This document shows positions 34,738-42,867 of a stretch of 60,094 bases of DNA, in pieces. A program made the position numbers and the translations under genes. The stretch is from Candidatus Micrarchaeota archaeon (lineage in GTDB: Archaea > Micrarchaeota > Micrarchaeia > Micrarchaeales > CABMGC01), in NCBI GenBank assembly GCA_021828295.1, contig JAKASF010000003.1, positions 1-60,094 of the forward strand, written 5' to 3'. A model generated the notes under the pieces. That model was given only the letters and a program-made list of their open reading frames with translations. It did no database searches and had not been told where the DNA came from. How positions within the stretch are numbered: the first letter of the stretch is position 1; each line of letters begins with the position of its first letter.

Positions 34738-35434
34738 TCTTTCAGGTATTCCATAATACTATCAAAGCTCACGCCAGCGTCGCCCTTGTAGATGAGCGAC
34801 TTAAGGACTCCGAAATCCTTCGGCCTCTGAACATCGCTGAGGAAGGCCCTGAGCTTCGGCCTGACGTAATAGTCCTTCTTCGCGATGTAATTCGTCATGT
34901 GGAAGATATCATACAGATCGCGCGCATATCTCCTCCCCGCATACGCCTCCATCTTCCTGATAACCAGTTCTTCTGGGGTGAGCGCAAATACCGTTGTGGT
35001 CGAGCCGTCAACTCTTGCATACTGCGAGATCTTCCCTTCAGGCTCACCCAGGCTTGCTTCGAGCAGCATCTCGGTCGTACCGTTAGACAGGCGCATGTGT
35101 AGCGGCAGTTCGCTGTCCCTCCACGTTACCTTTATCCCGTATCTTGGCAGCGCATCCTCGAGCTTCTTCCGGAAGCCCTTTCCTACGTAGATGTCTATGT
35201 CTTCAGAGAACCTTCCGCCATCATAGCACCTCCAGATGGCTGTTCCTCCATATAGCACGGCTTCTGGCTGAACCTGGTTGTATACAATGTCGATTATGGT
35301 ATCTTGAAATTTAGCTACCTCAAGCCTCTGGCCTGAGAGCATGCCTGCTATCGGAAGTTCCATGAATAGTTAAATAAGCTAAAGTTATATTAATATATAA
35401 CATTAACTTATCCTAACTTATGGGGAATGATTTC
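34153..35434 (-). mobile_element. 1.28-kb AbiE toxin-antitoxin cassette inserted at the 3' end of a ferredoxin gene (no recombinase inside)
   Basis: Bracketed by the 93-bp direct repeats. One repeat completes an intact ferredoxin gene; the other is an orphan fragment. An AT-rich promoter segment occupies 35364..35434. Confidence 0.55.
34725..35363 (-). CDS. AbiEii/AbiGii-family nucleotidyltransferase toxin (DUF1814)
   Basis: 212 aa. LYGGTAIWRCYDGGRFSEDIDIYV is the nucleotidyltransferase core of AbiEii. Confidence 0.75.
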   Translation of the reverse strand: MELPIAGMLSGQRLEVAKFQDTIIDIVYNQVQPEAVLYGGTAIWRCYDGGRFSEDIDIYVGKGFRKKLEDALPRYGIKVTWRDSELPLHMRLSNGTTEMLLEASLGEPEGKISQYARVDGSTTTVFALTPEELVIRKMEAYAGRRYARDLYDIFHMTNYIAKKDYYVRPKLRAFLSDVQRPKDFGVLKSLIYKGDAGVSFDSIMEYLKEWSE

Positions 35435-35807
35435 ACTTGTATATCGACCTGTAGACGTTGCCGCTGTCGTCGGTTATGACTATGTCCTCGCCCTCGCACT
35501 CTATCAGGCAGGCCTGGCAGAGTATGCACGCGGAGCCGTTCACGGCCACGGAGAGCCCGCCTGAAGTGCCGTCGTTCTCCTGCGCGAAGTGCCTGTGCCC
35601 ATCCTGAACGTTGCTCCATTTCTGTACATTCTCAGGATTGGACTTTCCTGTCCACTGGTGCCCCGGCGGCGCGCTGTCCATGTTGGCCCCCTCGGAGCCG
35701 GGGTTGTCGGGCGTGCCCCTTCCCTTCATCTCAAAAACGCCCACGGGGCATACGTCCTTGCAGTGCTGGCAGCCGGTGCAGTGCTCCTTCTCTACGTAAA
35801 CATCCAT
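35433..35807 (-). CDS. 2x[4Fe-4S] ferredoxin-like protein with a long insertion between the cluster motifs
   Basis: 124 aa. First motif CTGCQHCKDVCP, second CILCQACLIECE, separated by about 70 residues. Confidence 0.8.
   Translation of the reverse strand: MDVYVEKEHCTGCQHCKDVCPVGVFEMKGRGTPDNPGSEGANMDSAPPGHQWTGKSNPENVQKWSNVQDGHRHFAQENDGTSGGLSVAVNGSACILCQACLIECEGEDIVITDDSGNVYRSIYK
35435..35527. repeat. direct repeat copy B (93 bp), forming the 3' end of the intact ferredoxin gene
   Basis: See copy A. Confidence 0.9.
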
Positions 35808-35869
35808 TCAAACCATCTATGACTCCGTTATATGTGCCAATGTTTTTATACTTTTTTTCATAGCAGCTT

Positions 35870-36046
35870 TTACTTGCCGCTTTTCGTCCTCACGTGTACT
35901 ATAGCATAGCTCTCGAGCTCTTCGAGCGTGTGCTCCAGCCTCTCGAGCTGCCTTTCGGAGAGCCTGCTGAGATCAACGTTCTTCAGCTTCTCTACCATGC
36001 TCACATGGTGCTTAAGCATGCTTTTGAGTCTCTCGTCCCTTCTCAT
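35870..36046 (-). CDS. small coiled-coil-like ORF, 58 aa, hypothetical
   Basis: Reads MRRDERLKSMLKHHVSMVEKLKNVDLSRLSERQLERLEHTLEELESYAIVHVRTKSGK. Below the track cutoff. More protein-like than the antisense 61-aa track ORF. Same strand as its neighbours. Confidence 0.4.
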   Translation of the reverse strand: MRRDERLKSMLKHHVSMVEKLKNVDLSRLSERQLERLEHTLEELESYAIVHVRTKSGK

Positions 36047-36165
36047 CAGCCCACCACGACTTACTTTCCCTTAAAATAATTTAAGGGTTAACCCGCACCC
36101 GGTGGACTAGCGTAAAAGGGCTGGCGCGCGCTAGGCACCGTTGTGAGAGAGCGCAACCTTTCGTC

Positions 36166-36474
36166 TTAGCCGAACAGGCTTGCGAGTCCGCTTGCGGCTT
36201 CCTCTTCGCTCTTCTTTTCCTCTGCTTCGCTCTTCTTCTCTTCCGCCTTTCCGGCCTGCGCCGGGGCAGCAGCCGCAGGCGCAGCCGCCTGCATCGTCTG
36301 CGCGTTCTTTATTACGTCCTTTATGTTCACTCCCTTCAGGGCGTTCGCCACAGACTTCGCCATGGCGTCATCGGGCGTTGCGCCCGTTGCCTTGACGACG
36401 TTCTTTATGCTGTCCTCGGTCACTTCCTTGCCTTCTGCGTCTAGCAAAAGAGCAGCGTAGATGTATTCCATCAT
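36166..36474 (-). CDS. rpl12: 50S ribosomal stalk protein P1 (L12e)
   Basis: 102 aa. MEYIYAALLL N-terminus, Ala-rich hinge, and acidic tail EEKKSEEEAASGLASLFG. Confidence 0.95.
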   Translation of the reverse strand: MMEYIYAALLLDAEGKEVTEDSIKNVVKATGATPDDAMAKSVANALKGVNIKDVIKNAQTMQAAAPAAAAPAQAGKAEEKKSEAEEKKSEEEAASGLASLFG

Positions 36475-36481
36475 TTTTCAC

Positions 36482-37327
36482 CTAAGCGTTAACACCTGTC
36501 TTCTTCGCGAGCTCGCCAGCCTGCGCCGCGGCCTGTGCCGCGAGCATCTTCACGATCTCCTCTTCTGGGGCCTTCGATTCAAGCCCTACCGCTATCGCGC
36601 CCCTGTACGCGCGAAGTATGAACACGTTTGCGTTGTAAGTGGTGACTATTCCAGCCTCGAGGCTGAGCGCATATGCCTCTGAGAAGTTCTTCACAAGCTC
36701 GCCCCTCGCGAACTCCTCGTCTATTGCCAGCGCCTGGCTGTTGTAAACCAAGCTCCCAGAGAGCGCTATGTCAAGCTTTGGCGAGATCTCGAACGGCTTT
36801 ATGTCAAGTATCTTCAGCGCGTTGGCCACAGCCCCGCTTATCTTCTTTCCCCTCTCCACAAGAACCTTCTTCTTCGATATCACTACCTTTCCCTTCTCTA
36901 TCTTCACGTCTATGCCCGCGCTCTTCAGCTCCGTCACCGTCTGTCCAGGCGCTACGCTGGTCTCTCCAGGTTCTATGGTTATGTCATCTGGCGCTACCTG
37001 GTTGGGCTTAGCGCCAAGCCTCAGCCTGCTGCTGTTTATCTTCTTGTAGAGCTCGAAGGGCTCCTTGTTGGAAAGCACGAGCGCGAAGTTCTTGCCCATG
37101 CTCTTCTCGAACTGCGCCAGCTTCTCCTTTCCTAGCGCGCGAGATAGCAGCGTCTTCCTAGCTATTATCAGCTGCGCGTCAGGCCTCAGCCCGTTCCTGA
37201 CCTTCTGGAGCAGCCTGTCGGGCACCCCGTCTATAGGCATAACCGCTGCGGTCTTGTAGCTCGCTATCTCCTTCTGCAGCTTCTTTACGTACTCGACCTT
37301 TTGCGATTTCAGCATTGGCATATTCAC
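36482..37327 (-). CDS. rpl10: 50S ribosomal protein L10 (uL10, P0)
   Basis: 281 aa in the canonical position between L1 and P1. KVEYVKKLQKEIASYKTAAVMPIDGVP. Confidence 0.9.
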   Translation of the reverse strand: MNMPMLKSQKVEYVKKLQKEIASYKTAAVMPIDGVPDRLLQKVRNGLRPDAQLIIARKTLLSRALGKEKLAQFEKSMGKNFALVLSNKEPFELYKKINSSRLRLGAKPNQVAPDDITIEPGETSVAPGQTVTELKSAGIDVKIEKGKVVISKKKVLVERGKKISGAVANALKILDIKPFEISPKLDIALSGSLVYNSQALAIDEEFARGELVKNFSEAYALSLEAGIVTTYNANVFILRAYRGAIAVGLESKAPEEEIVKMLAAQAAAQAGELAKKTGVNA

Positions 37328-37962
37328 ACCAGCTTGAGCGGCTTGCTCATCGTCAGCTTCACGTAGACGCTCCTGATCCTGCTCGACCCTACGGCCTTGT
37401 TGACGTCTCCCACCACTTCCTGAATATTCTCGTATATCTTCTTAGTCTCCATCTTCTCGCTGCCGACGACGCAGTGCACCGTTGGCAGGAACTTGCCCTT
37501 GTTCTTTATCGATATCCTCCTGCTGGTCTCGCCTGCGGTCCTTCCCAGGTCCTGTATGTTCATAACCGGCTTAGGCATCTTGTTCCTGGGTCCGAGGAAC
37601 GGGCCGAGCTGCTTGGCTATGCTTGGCATGAGGTTCGGCTGCGCCAGCAGGTCGTAAGCGAGCAGCGAGTTCAGCTTCTCCTTGTCCGTTGCTATGGTCG
37701 GGAGCGAGTTCCCGTCTATTACCTCTATCCCGTTCTTTCCGGCGGCGTCGACCACGTTCTTCTCTGTAGCAAATATAGCCACCTTGTTGGTCTTGCCCCT
37801 GCCGTTCGGCAGCATCACGTCCACATTAAGCCTGTTCGCCTGCTTTGAGAAGTCTACGCCCTTGAAGTTTATCGCGAGCTCTACGCTCTGCTCGAACTTC
37901 CTCTGGTTCTTGTTTTCGTCTATGAACTTCTCGAACTCCTGGTACTTCTCTTCAAGCATCAA
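37324..37962 (-). CDS. rpl1: 50S ribosomal protein L1 (uL1)
   Basis: 212 aa. FEQSVELAINFKGVDFSKQANRLNVDVMLPNGRGK. Confidence 0.95.
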   Translation of the reverse strand: MMLEEKYQEFEKFIDENKNQRKFEQSVELAINFKGVDFSKQANRLNVDVMLPNGRGKTNKVAIFATEKNVVDAAGKNGIEVIDGNSLPTIATDKEKLNSLLAYDLLAQPNLMPSIAKQLGPFLGPRNKMPKPVMNIQDLGRTAGETSRRISIKNKGKFLPTVHCVVGSEKMETKKIYENIQEVVGDVNKAVGSSRIRSVYVKLTMSKPLKLV

Positions 37963-38138
37963 ATCCCTCCTGCACGAATGCAGTACTTGCGGGAGAACAA
38001 GTAGCTACCGATGGGCGAAGAAAGTATAAATACCTTTCTTGTCCTCCGCCCATCGGGATTTCAGGTCCGCGTCTGACTCCCGGCCTAGGCCTTCAAGCAC
38101 TGCAGGCTTTTATTAATCTTAAACGCCTTTGTTATAGC

Positions 38139-38741
38139 ATGGACTTCGATTACGATGGCAAAACACTGAAATTCGACAAGGAGCTATCGGATCTGGACAA
38201 GCTGGTGCTTGATTTTGTAGGGCTGATCAAGAGGTTGCGCATCAGGTACGTCATAGTAAGCGGCTATGTCTCGATACTCTTTGGGAGATCGCGTACTACG
38301 GAAGACATAGACCTGTACATGGACAAGCTAAAGCTTGAAAATTTCTTAAAATTCTTCAGCCTGCTAAACCGAAAAGGTTATTGGGCGGTAGACTCGGAGT
38401 CGGCAGAGGACGCGTTCGACAGGCTGCAGAACGGCCTCTCGATAAGAATGGCCAAAAAGGACACCGTGATCCCTAACTTCGAGATCAAGTTTCCAAAGAA
38501 GGAAATGGACTTTCTTTCGCTGGACAGCCCGCTGAAGGTCCTTATCAATAATAACCGACTGCTTGTCTCGCCGCTTGAGGTGCAGATACCTTTTAAGGTC
38601 TGGCTCGGAAGCGAAAAGGACATGGAAGACGCCGCGCACATATACGAGCTATTCAAGGAGAAGCTCGACAAGGGGAAGATGAGAAGCATTGCGAAAGGGT
38701 TAAGAGTAGAGAGAGAGATGACTAAGCATGGCTTCATCTAA
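38139..38741 (+). CDS. putative minimal nucleotidyltransferase-fold protein
   Basis: 200 aa. VIVSGYVSILFGRSRTTEDIDLY fits the G[SR]x(n)DxD NTase motif. The C-terminal LEVQIPFKVWLGSEKDMEDAAHIYELF resembles the helical tail of MNT/AbiEii-like families. Confidence 0.5.
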   Translation: MDFDYDGKTLKFDKELSDLDKLVLDFVGLIKRLRIRYVIVSGYVSILFGRSRTTEDIDLYMDKLKLENFLKFFSLLNRKGYWAVDSESAEDAFDRLQNGLSIRMAKKDTVIPNFEIKFPKKEMDFLSLDSPLKVLINNNRLLVSPLEVQIPFKVWLGSEKDMEDAAHIYELFKEKLDKGKMRSIAKGLRVEREMTKHGFI

Positions 38742-38913
38742 GCGCGATATGGAGGAGAGGATCGGCTTCATCAAACTGTGGGCGAACTATGTTAAAAATA
38801 CGCCCAACAGCAAGTGGTCCAGGCAGCAGAATCTTCTAATCAACTCCGTCATGAAATCGGCCAGCCAGGACGCCAAACTATACCTGCGGGTAAAAAAGCT
38901 CGTGACGAGATAG
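38728..38913 (+). CDS. small ORF, 61 aa, hypothetical
   Basis: Overlaps the preceding gene by 14 nt. Basic, with no family recognised. Confidence 0.3.
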   Translation: MASSKRDMEERIGFIKLWANYVKNTPNSKWSRQQNLLINSVMKSASQDAKLYLRVKKLVTR

Positions 38914-39078
38914 TACCGCCGGCTCCAGGCCCAGGCCTTTGGGCGCGGGCATCGTGTTGCCGACGTCTTTTCACGCAAACCTTTAAATACGTTGCCCGCT
39001 AATTAGTAGCGTTTACGGGGGCGCTTTTCTCTCGAATTCTGCGCTCTACGTTAAGCAATAGTAGTACTTAAAAGGTAG

Positions 39079-40356
39079 ATGAAAATGGCAGAGAAACCGC
39101 ACCTGAATCTGATCTTCATAGGCCACGTCGACCACGGAAAGTCGACAACGGTAGGAAGGCTTATGTACGCAGCTGGCGCTGTCAGCGAGCAGGACATGAA
39201 CAAGCTGAGGGAGGAAGCGAAGGCGCTAGGAAAGGCAACCTTCGAGTTCGCCTTCGTCATGGACCAGCTCAAGGAAGAGCGAGAGCGTGGAGTCACGATA
39301 GACATAGCGCACAAGGACTTCCAGACCGCCAAATACTACTTCACGATCATAGACGCGCCAGGCCACAGGGACTTCGTAAAGAACATGATCACGGGAGCCA
39401 GCCAGGCCGATGCTGCAGTGCTCGTATGCTCTGCGCAGGAAGGCGTGCAGACGCAGACAAGGGAGCACGCGCAGCTCGCCAAGATACTCGGAATAAACCA
39501 GCTCATAGTGGCAATAAACAAGATGGACGCCGTGGGATTCGATGCGGCAAAGTTTGAGGCCACGAAGGCGTCGGTGTCGACGTTCCTGAAGGCGATAGGA
39601 TACGACACAGGCAAGATACTTTTCGTACCGTACTCGGCGCTCACCGGGGACAACGTCAAGGAGAAGTCTGACAAGCTCGGCTGGTACAACGGCCCTACCC
39701 TGCTCGCCGCTCTCGACACGTTCACCGTGCCGGCGAAGGAGACGGACAAGCCTCTCAGGCTCCCGATACAGGACGTTTACAGCATATCCGGATTCGGGAC
39801 AGTGCCTGTCGGCAGGGTCGAGACCGGCGTCATGAAGCCGGGAGACCAGATAGTGATAATGCCTGCGGGCGTGAAGACAGATGTTAAGAGCATAGAGATG
39901 CACCACCAGCAGCTGCAGAAGGCCGAGCCAGGGGACAACATAGGCTTCAACATCAAGGGTGTCGACAAGAAGGACATACACCGCGGTGATGTGATAGGAC
40001 CGGCGAGCAGCCCACCGACAGTTGTGGACGAGTTCACGGGGCAGATAGTGGTGATAAACCACCCTACCGCGATAGCGCCGGGATACTCTCCCGTATTCCA
40101 CATACACACGGCCCAGATAGCGTGCACCATAACAGAGATAACGGAGAAGAAGGACCCCAAGACAGGTCAGACGTCGCAGAAGAACCCCGAATTCATCAAG
40201 ACAGGAGACGTCGCGATAGTCAAGATCAAGCCCAGCAGGCCCGTCTGCGTTGAGAAGTTCAGCGAGTTCAAGGCCCTCGGCAGGTTCGCTATAAGGGACA
40301 TGGGTCAGACCGTGGCGGCTGGGGTAGTGCTTGACGTGGTCAAGAAGCAGGGTTGA
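39079..40356 (+). CDS. tuf: translation elongation factor 1-alpha (aEF-1alpha)
   Basis: 425 aa. [29 protein letters not shown] and NKMD are the GTPase motifs. Confidence 0.97.
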   Translation: MKMAEKPHLNLIFIGHVDHGKSTTVGRLMYAAGAVSEQDMNKLREEAKALGKATFEFAFVMDQLKEERERGVTIDIAHKDFQTAKYYFTIIDAPGHRDFVKNMITGASQADAAVLVCSAQEGVQTQTREHAQLAKILGINQLIVAINKMDAVGFDAAKFEATKASVSTFLKAIGYDTGKILFVPYSALTGDNVKEKSDKLGWYNGPTLLAALDTFTVPAKETDKPLRLPIQDVYSISGFGTVPVGRVETGVMKPGDQIVIMPAGVKTDVKSIEMHHQQLQKAEPGDNIGFNIKGVDKKDIHRGDVIGPASSPPTVVDEFTGQIVVINHPTAIAPGYSPVFHIHTAQIACTITEITEKKDPKTGQTSQKNPEFIKTGDVAIVKIKPSRPVCVEKFSEFKALGRFAIRDMGQTVAAGVVLDVVKKQG

Positions 40357-40359
40357 TGA

Positions 40360-40665
40360 ATGCCTGTCGCGCGAATTAAGCTGATAAGCAAGAACATGGC
40401 CTCGGTGCGCGACATCGCGAAGCAGATAGTCGACATAGCGAAGGGCATCAACGTCAAGTCCAGGGGCCCGATCCCGCTTCCCACAAGGCGCATGATCATA
40501 CCCACGAGGAAGACCACGTGCGGCGACGGCTCGCACACGTATGACCACTGGGAGATGCGGATACACAAGTGGCTGGTCGAGATAGACGGGAGCGATCAGG
40601 CGCTCAGGCAGATAATGCGCATACCAGTGCCAGATGCCGTGCAGATAGAGATAACTCTCTCCTGA
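40360..40665 (+). CDS. rps10: 30S ribosomal protein S10 (uS10)
   Basis: 101 aa. ARIKLISKNMASVRDIAKQIVDIAK...GPIPLPTRRM. Confidence 0.95.
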   Translation: MPVARIKLISKNMASVRDIAKQIVDIAKGINVKSRGPIPLPTRRMIIPTRKTTCGDGSHTYDHWEMRIHKWLVEIDGSDQALRQIMRIPVPDAVQIEITLS

Positions 40666-40671
40666 TACTGT

Positions 40672-41835
40672 CTACTTCTTGACCTTTGCCTCCTTTCTCA
40701 GAGCCTCTACCTTGTCCGTCTTCTCCCAGCTGAACTCCGGTCCCACCCTTCCGAAGTGGCCGTACGCTGCAGTCTTCCTGAATATCGGCCTGCGCAGGTC
40801 CAGCTGCTTTATTATCGCTCCCGGTCTCATGTCAAAGTTCTTTTCCACTATCGCAGTCAGCTTCTCGTCGCTTATCTTGCCAGTTCCCAGTGTGTTTACG
40901 TAGAAGGACACGGGCTTGGCTACGCCTATTGCATATGCGATCTGCACCTCGCACCTGTCCGCGAGGCCGGCGGACACTACGTTCTTGGCTATGTAGCGCG
41001 CGTAATATGCTCCTGACCTGTCGACCTTCGTCGGGTCCTTCCCGCTGAAGCACCCCCCGCCCGACTTGCCTATGCTTCCGTAGCCGTCAACTACCGTCTT
41101 CCTGCCAGTAAGCCCCGAATCCGCGAGCGTTCCTCCTATCGTGAACTTGCCCGTTCCGTTGACTATGAACCTGGTGTTCTTGTCGAGCAGTTTCTTCGGA
41201 ATGACCTGCTTGATCACCTTGTCGATCACATCCCTTCGCACCTGCTCTATGCTAGTTCCGTTTCCGTGCTGCGCCGCTATTATGACCGTATCTACCCTCT
41301 TCGGCTTGCCGTTCACGTACTCTACCGTTACCTGCGACTTCCCATCGGGCCTGAGATACGGCAGTACGCCCTTCTTCCTGCACTCCGTAAGGCGCATGAC
41401 GAGCTTGTGCGAGATCATCGTAGGAAGAGGCATTAGCTCAGGAGTCTCGCAGCACGCGTATCCGAAGACGAACCCCTGGTCTCCTGCTCCTATGTCTAGC
41501 CCTTTCTTCTCGTCAACGCCAAGCGCTATGTCTGGTGATTGTTCCTCTATCGAGGTCACGACCCCGCATGTGTTCCAGTCGAGGCCGTCCTTCGCGTTGT
41601 CGAGGCCTATCTCCTTGAGCGCGTTCCTGGCTATCTGCGGTATGTTCACATATGCGTGCGTGGTTATCTGGCCGGTCACCACGACCATGCCCTGCATTAT
41701 CAACGTCTCGCAGTCCACGTGCGCTCCCGGGTCCCTGGTTATTATCGCATCAAGCACCGAGTCGGACACGATGTCGGCCACCTTGTCCGGGTGCCCCTCT
41801 GTCACGCTCTCCGCAGCTATAAGGTATTTTTCCAT
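40672..41835 (-). CDS. metK: S-adenosylmethionine synthetase, bacterial/eukaryotic MetK type
   Basis: 387 aa. [23 protein letters not shown] and [19 protein letters not shown] are MetK motifs, not those of the archaeal MAT family. Confidence 0.9.
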   Translation of the reverse strand: MEKYLIAAESVTEGHPDKVADIVSDSVLDAIITRDPGAHVDCETLIMQGMVVVTGQITTHAYVNIPQIARNALKEIGLDNAKDGLDWNTCGVVTSIEEQSPDIALGVDEKKGLDIGAGDQGFVFGYACCETPELMPLPTMISHKLVMRLTECRKKGVLPYLRPDGKSQVTVEYVNGKPKRVDTVIIAAQHGNGTSIEQVRRDVIDKVIKQVIPKKLLDKNTRFIVNGTGKFTIGGTLADSGLTGRKTVVDGYGSIGKSGGGCFSGKDPTKVDRSGAYYARYIAKNVVSAGLADRCEVQIAYAIGVAKPVSFYVNTLGTGKISDEKLTAIVEKNFDMRPGAIIKQLDLRRPIFRKTAAYGHFGRVGPEFSWEKTDKVEALRKEAKVKK

Positions 41836-41844
41836 CCAATCTCC

Positions 41845-42804
41845 TCATGTTATGTCGAGAGCGGCGAGCATCACAGGCAGTATTATCGTCGCGTCCCCGT
41901 CAATAGTAACGTACTTTGCCTTCTCCTTCACCTTGCCCCACGATACGGCTTCGGTGAGCCTCGCGCCGGACAGGCTGCCGTCGAACTGCGTGGCTGTGGT
42001 TATGTACACTGCATAGTCGAGCCCGCCCTTGAACTGGTTCCACCATATGACATGATGCTTGCTTATTCCCCCGCCGATCATCAGCGCGCCGGTCTTCTTG
42101 TTGTCGAACGAGATGTCGCTCAGCTTGAGCTCGTCCCTTATGAGGTTGAGCTTGAAGTCGTGCGTCTGCGAGAAGATCGAGAGCTGGGTCCCGAATGCGC
42201 CGTCGAGTATGCCGGGGTTGAATATGGGTACGTTGTGCAGGTATGCCTGCCTCAGTATGGAGCCGCTGTCCTTCATCCTCTTCCCGAACTCCCAGGCCAG
42301 CTCCGATGCGCTGTACTCTTTTTTGTAGTCCTTGGATTTGTAGATGTCGTCCATTATCTCGTTGAAGTAGTTCTCCACCGCAATCCCGTACTCCTTCTGC
42401 TCTATGAAGACGTTGCCAAGCCTGTAGACCTTGTGCTTGTGCAGTGCCGCATCATCGGCGTAGAAGCTGCCGAGGTTATATCTGCCTCCATATGCGCGTG
42501 CCAGGTCGTGGTCCAGAGTGCCGCCTGTCGTAATTATCGCGTCGAAGTGCTTCACAGCCTGCGCCAGTGCGCCGCGCAGTCCCGTAGCCACTATGTCAGC
42601 GGGGAAGGAGAGGAAGTTGAACGAGCCCTTGTCCTTCAGCATCGTGCCCAGTATGCCTATCCCGTTGACCATGTGCTGGGCCGAGAAGCCTCCCATGCTT
42701 TCCATGCCATCGATGAGCTGCCTGACGCTCATCTTCTTCGAGAGCCTGAGATCCCTGACCCGCCTGCCGAGTATACGGCCTGTACCTTCCCCCATAAACA
42801 GCAT
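41845..42804 (-). CDS. dys: deoxyhypusine synthase
   Basis: Start trimmed to MLFMGEG (ATG 42804). AIITTGGTLDHDL and NVPIFNPGILDGAFG are DHS-like blocks. Confidence 0.85.
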   Translation of the reverse strand: MLFMGEGTGRILGRRVRDLRLSKKMSVRQLIDGMESMGGFSAQHMVNGIGILGTMLKDKGSFNFLSFPADIVATGLRGALAQAVKHFDAIITTGGTLDHDLARAYGGRYNLGSFYADDAALHKHKVYRLGNVFIEQKEYGIAVENYFNEIMDDIYKSKDYKKEYSASELAWEFGKRMKDSGSILRQAYLHNVPIFNPGILDGAFGTQLSIFSQTHDFKLNLIRDELKLSDISFDNKKTGALMIGGGISKHHVIWWNQFKGGLDYAVYITTATQFDGSLSGARLTEAVSWGKVKEKAKYVTIDGDATIILPVMLAALDIT

Positions 42805-42867
42805 AGAAGATTGGCCGGCAGAATATTTAAAGCCAATCTTTATAAGCAGGGCAACAAAACCACGATT
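42805..42867. promoter_or_regulatory. compact bidirectional promoter region (dys / mvk)
   Basis: 63-nt spacer with two TATA-like boxes, AATATTTAAAG (about 42821..42831) and CTTTATAAG (about 42838..42846). Each lies 20-30 nt from the respective ATG, implying leaderless or short-leader mRNAs. Confidence 0.45.

Noticed and set aside
39226-40566. 446-aa minus-strand ORF
   Set aside because: Entirely antisense to EF-1alpha and S10, with Arg/Leu/Tyr-rich junk composition. A GC-rich antisense artefact.
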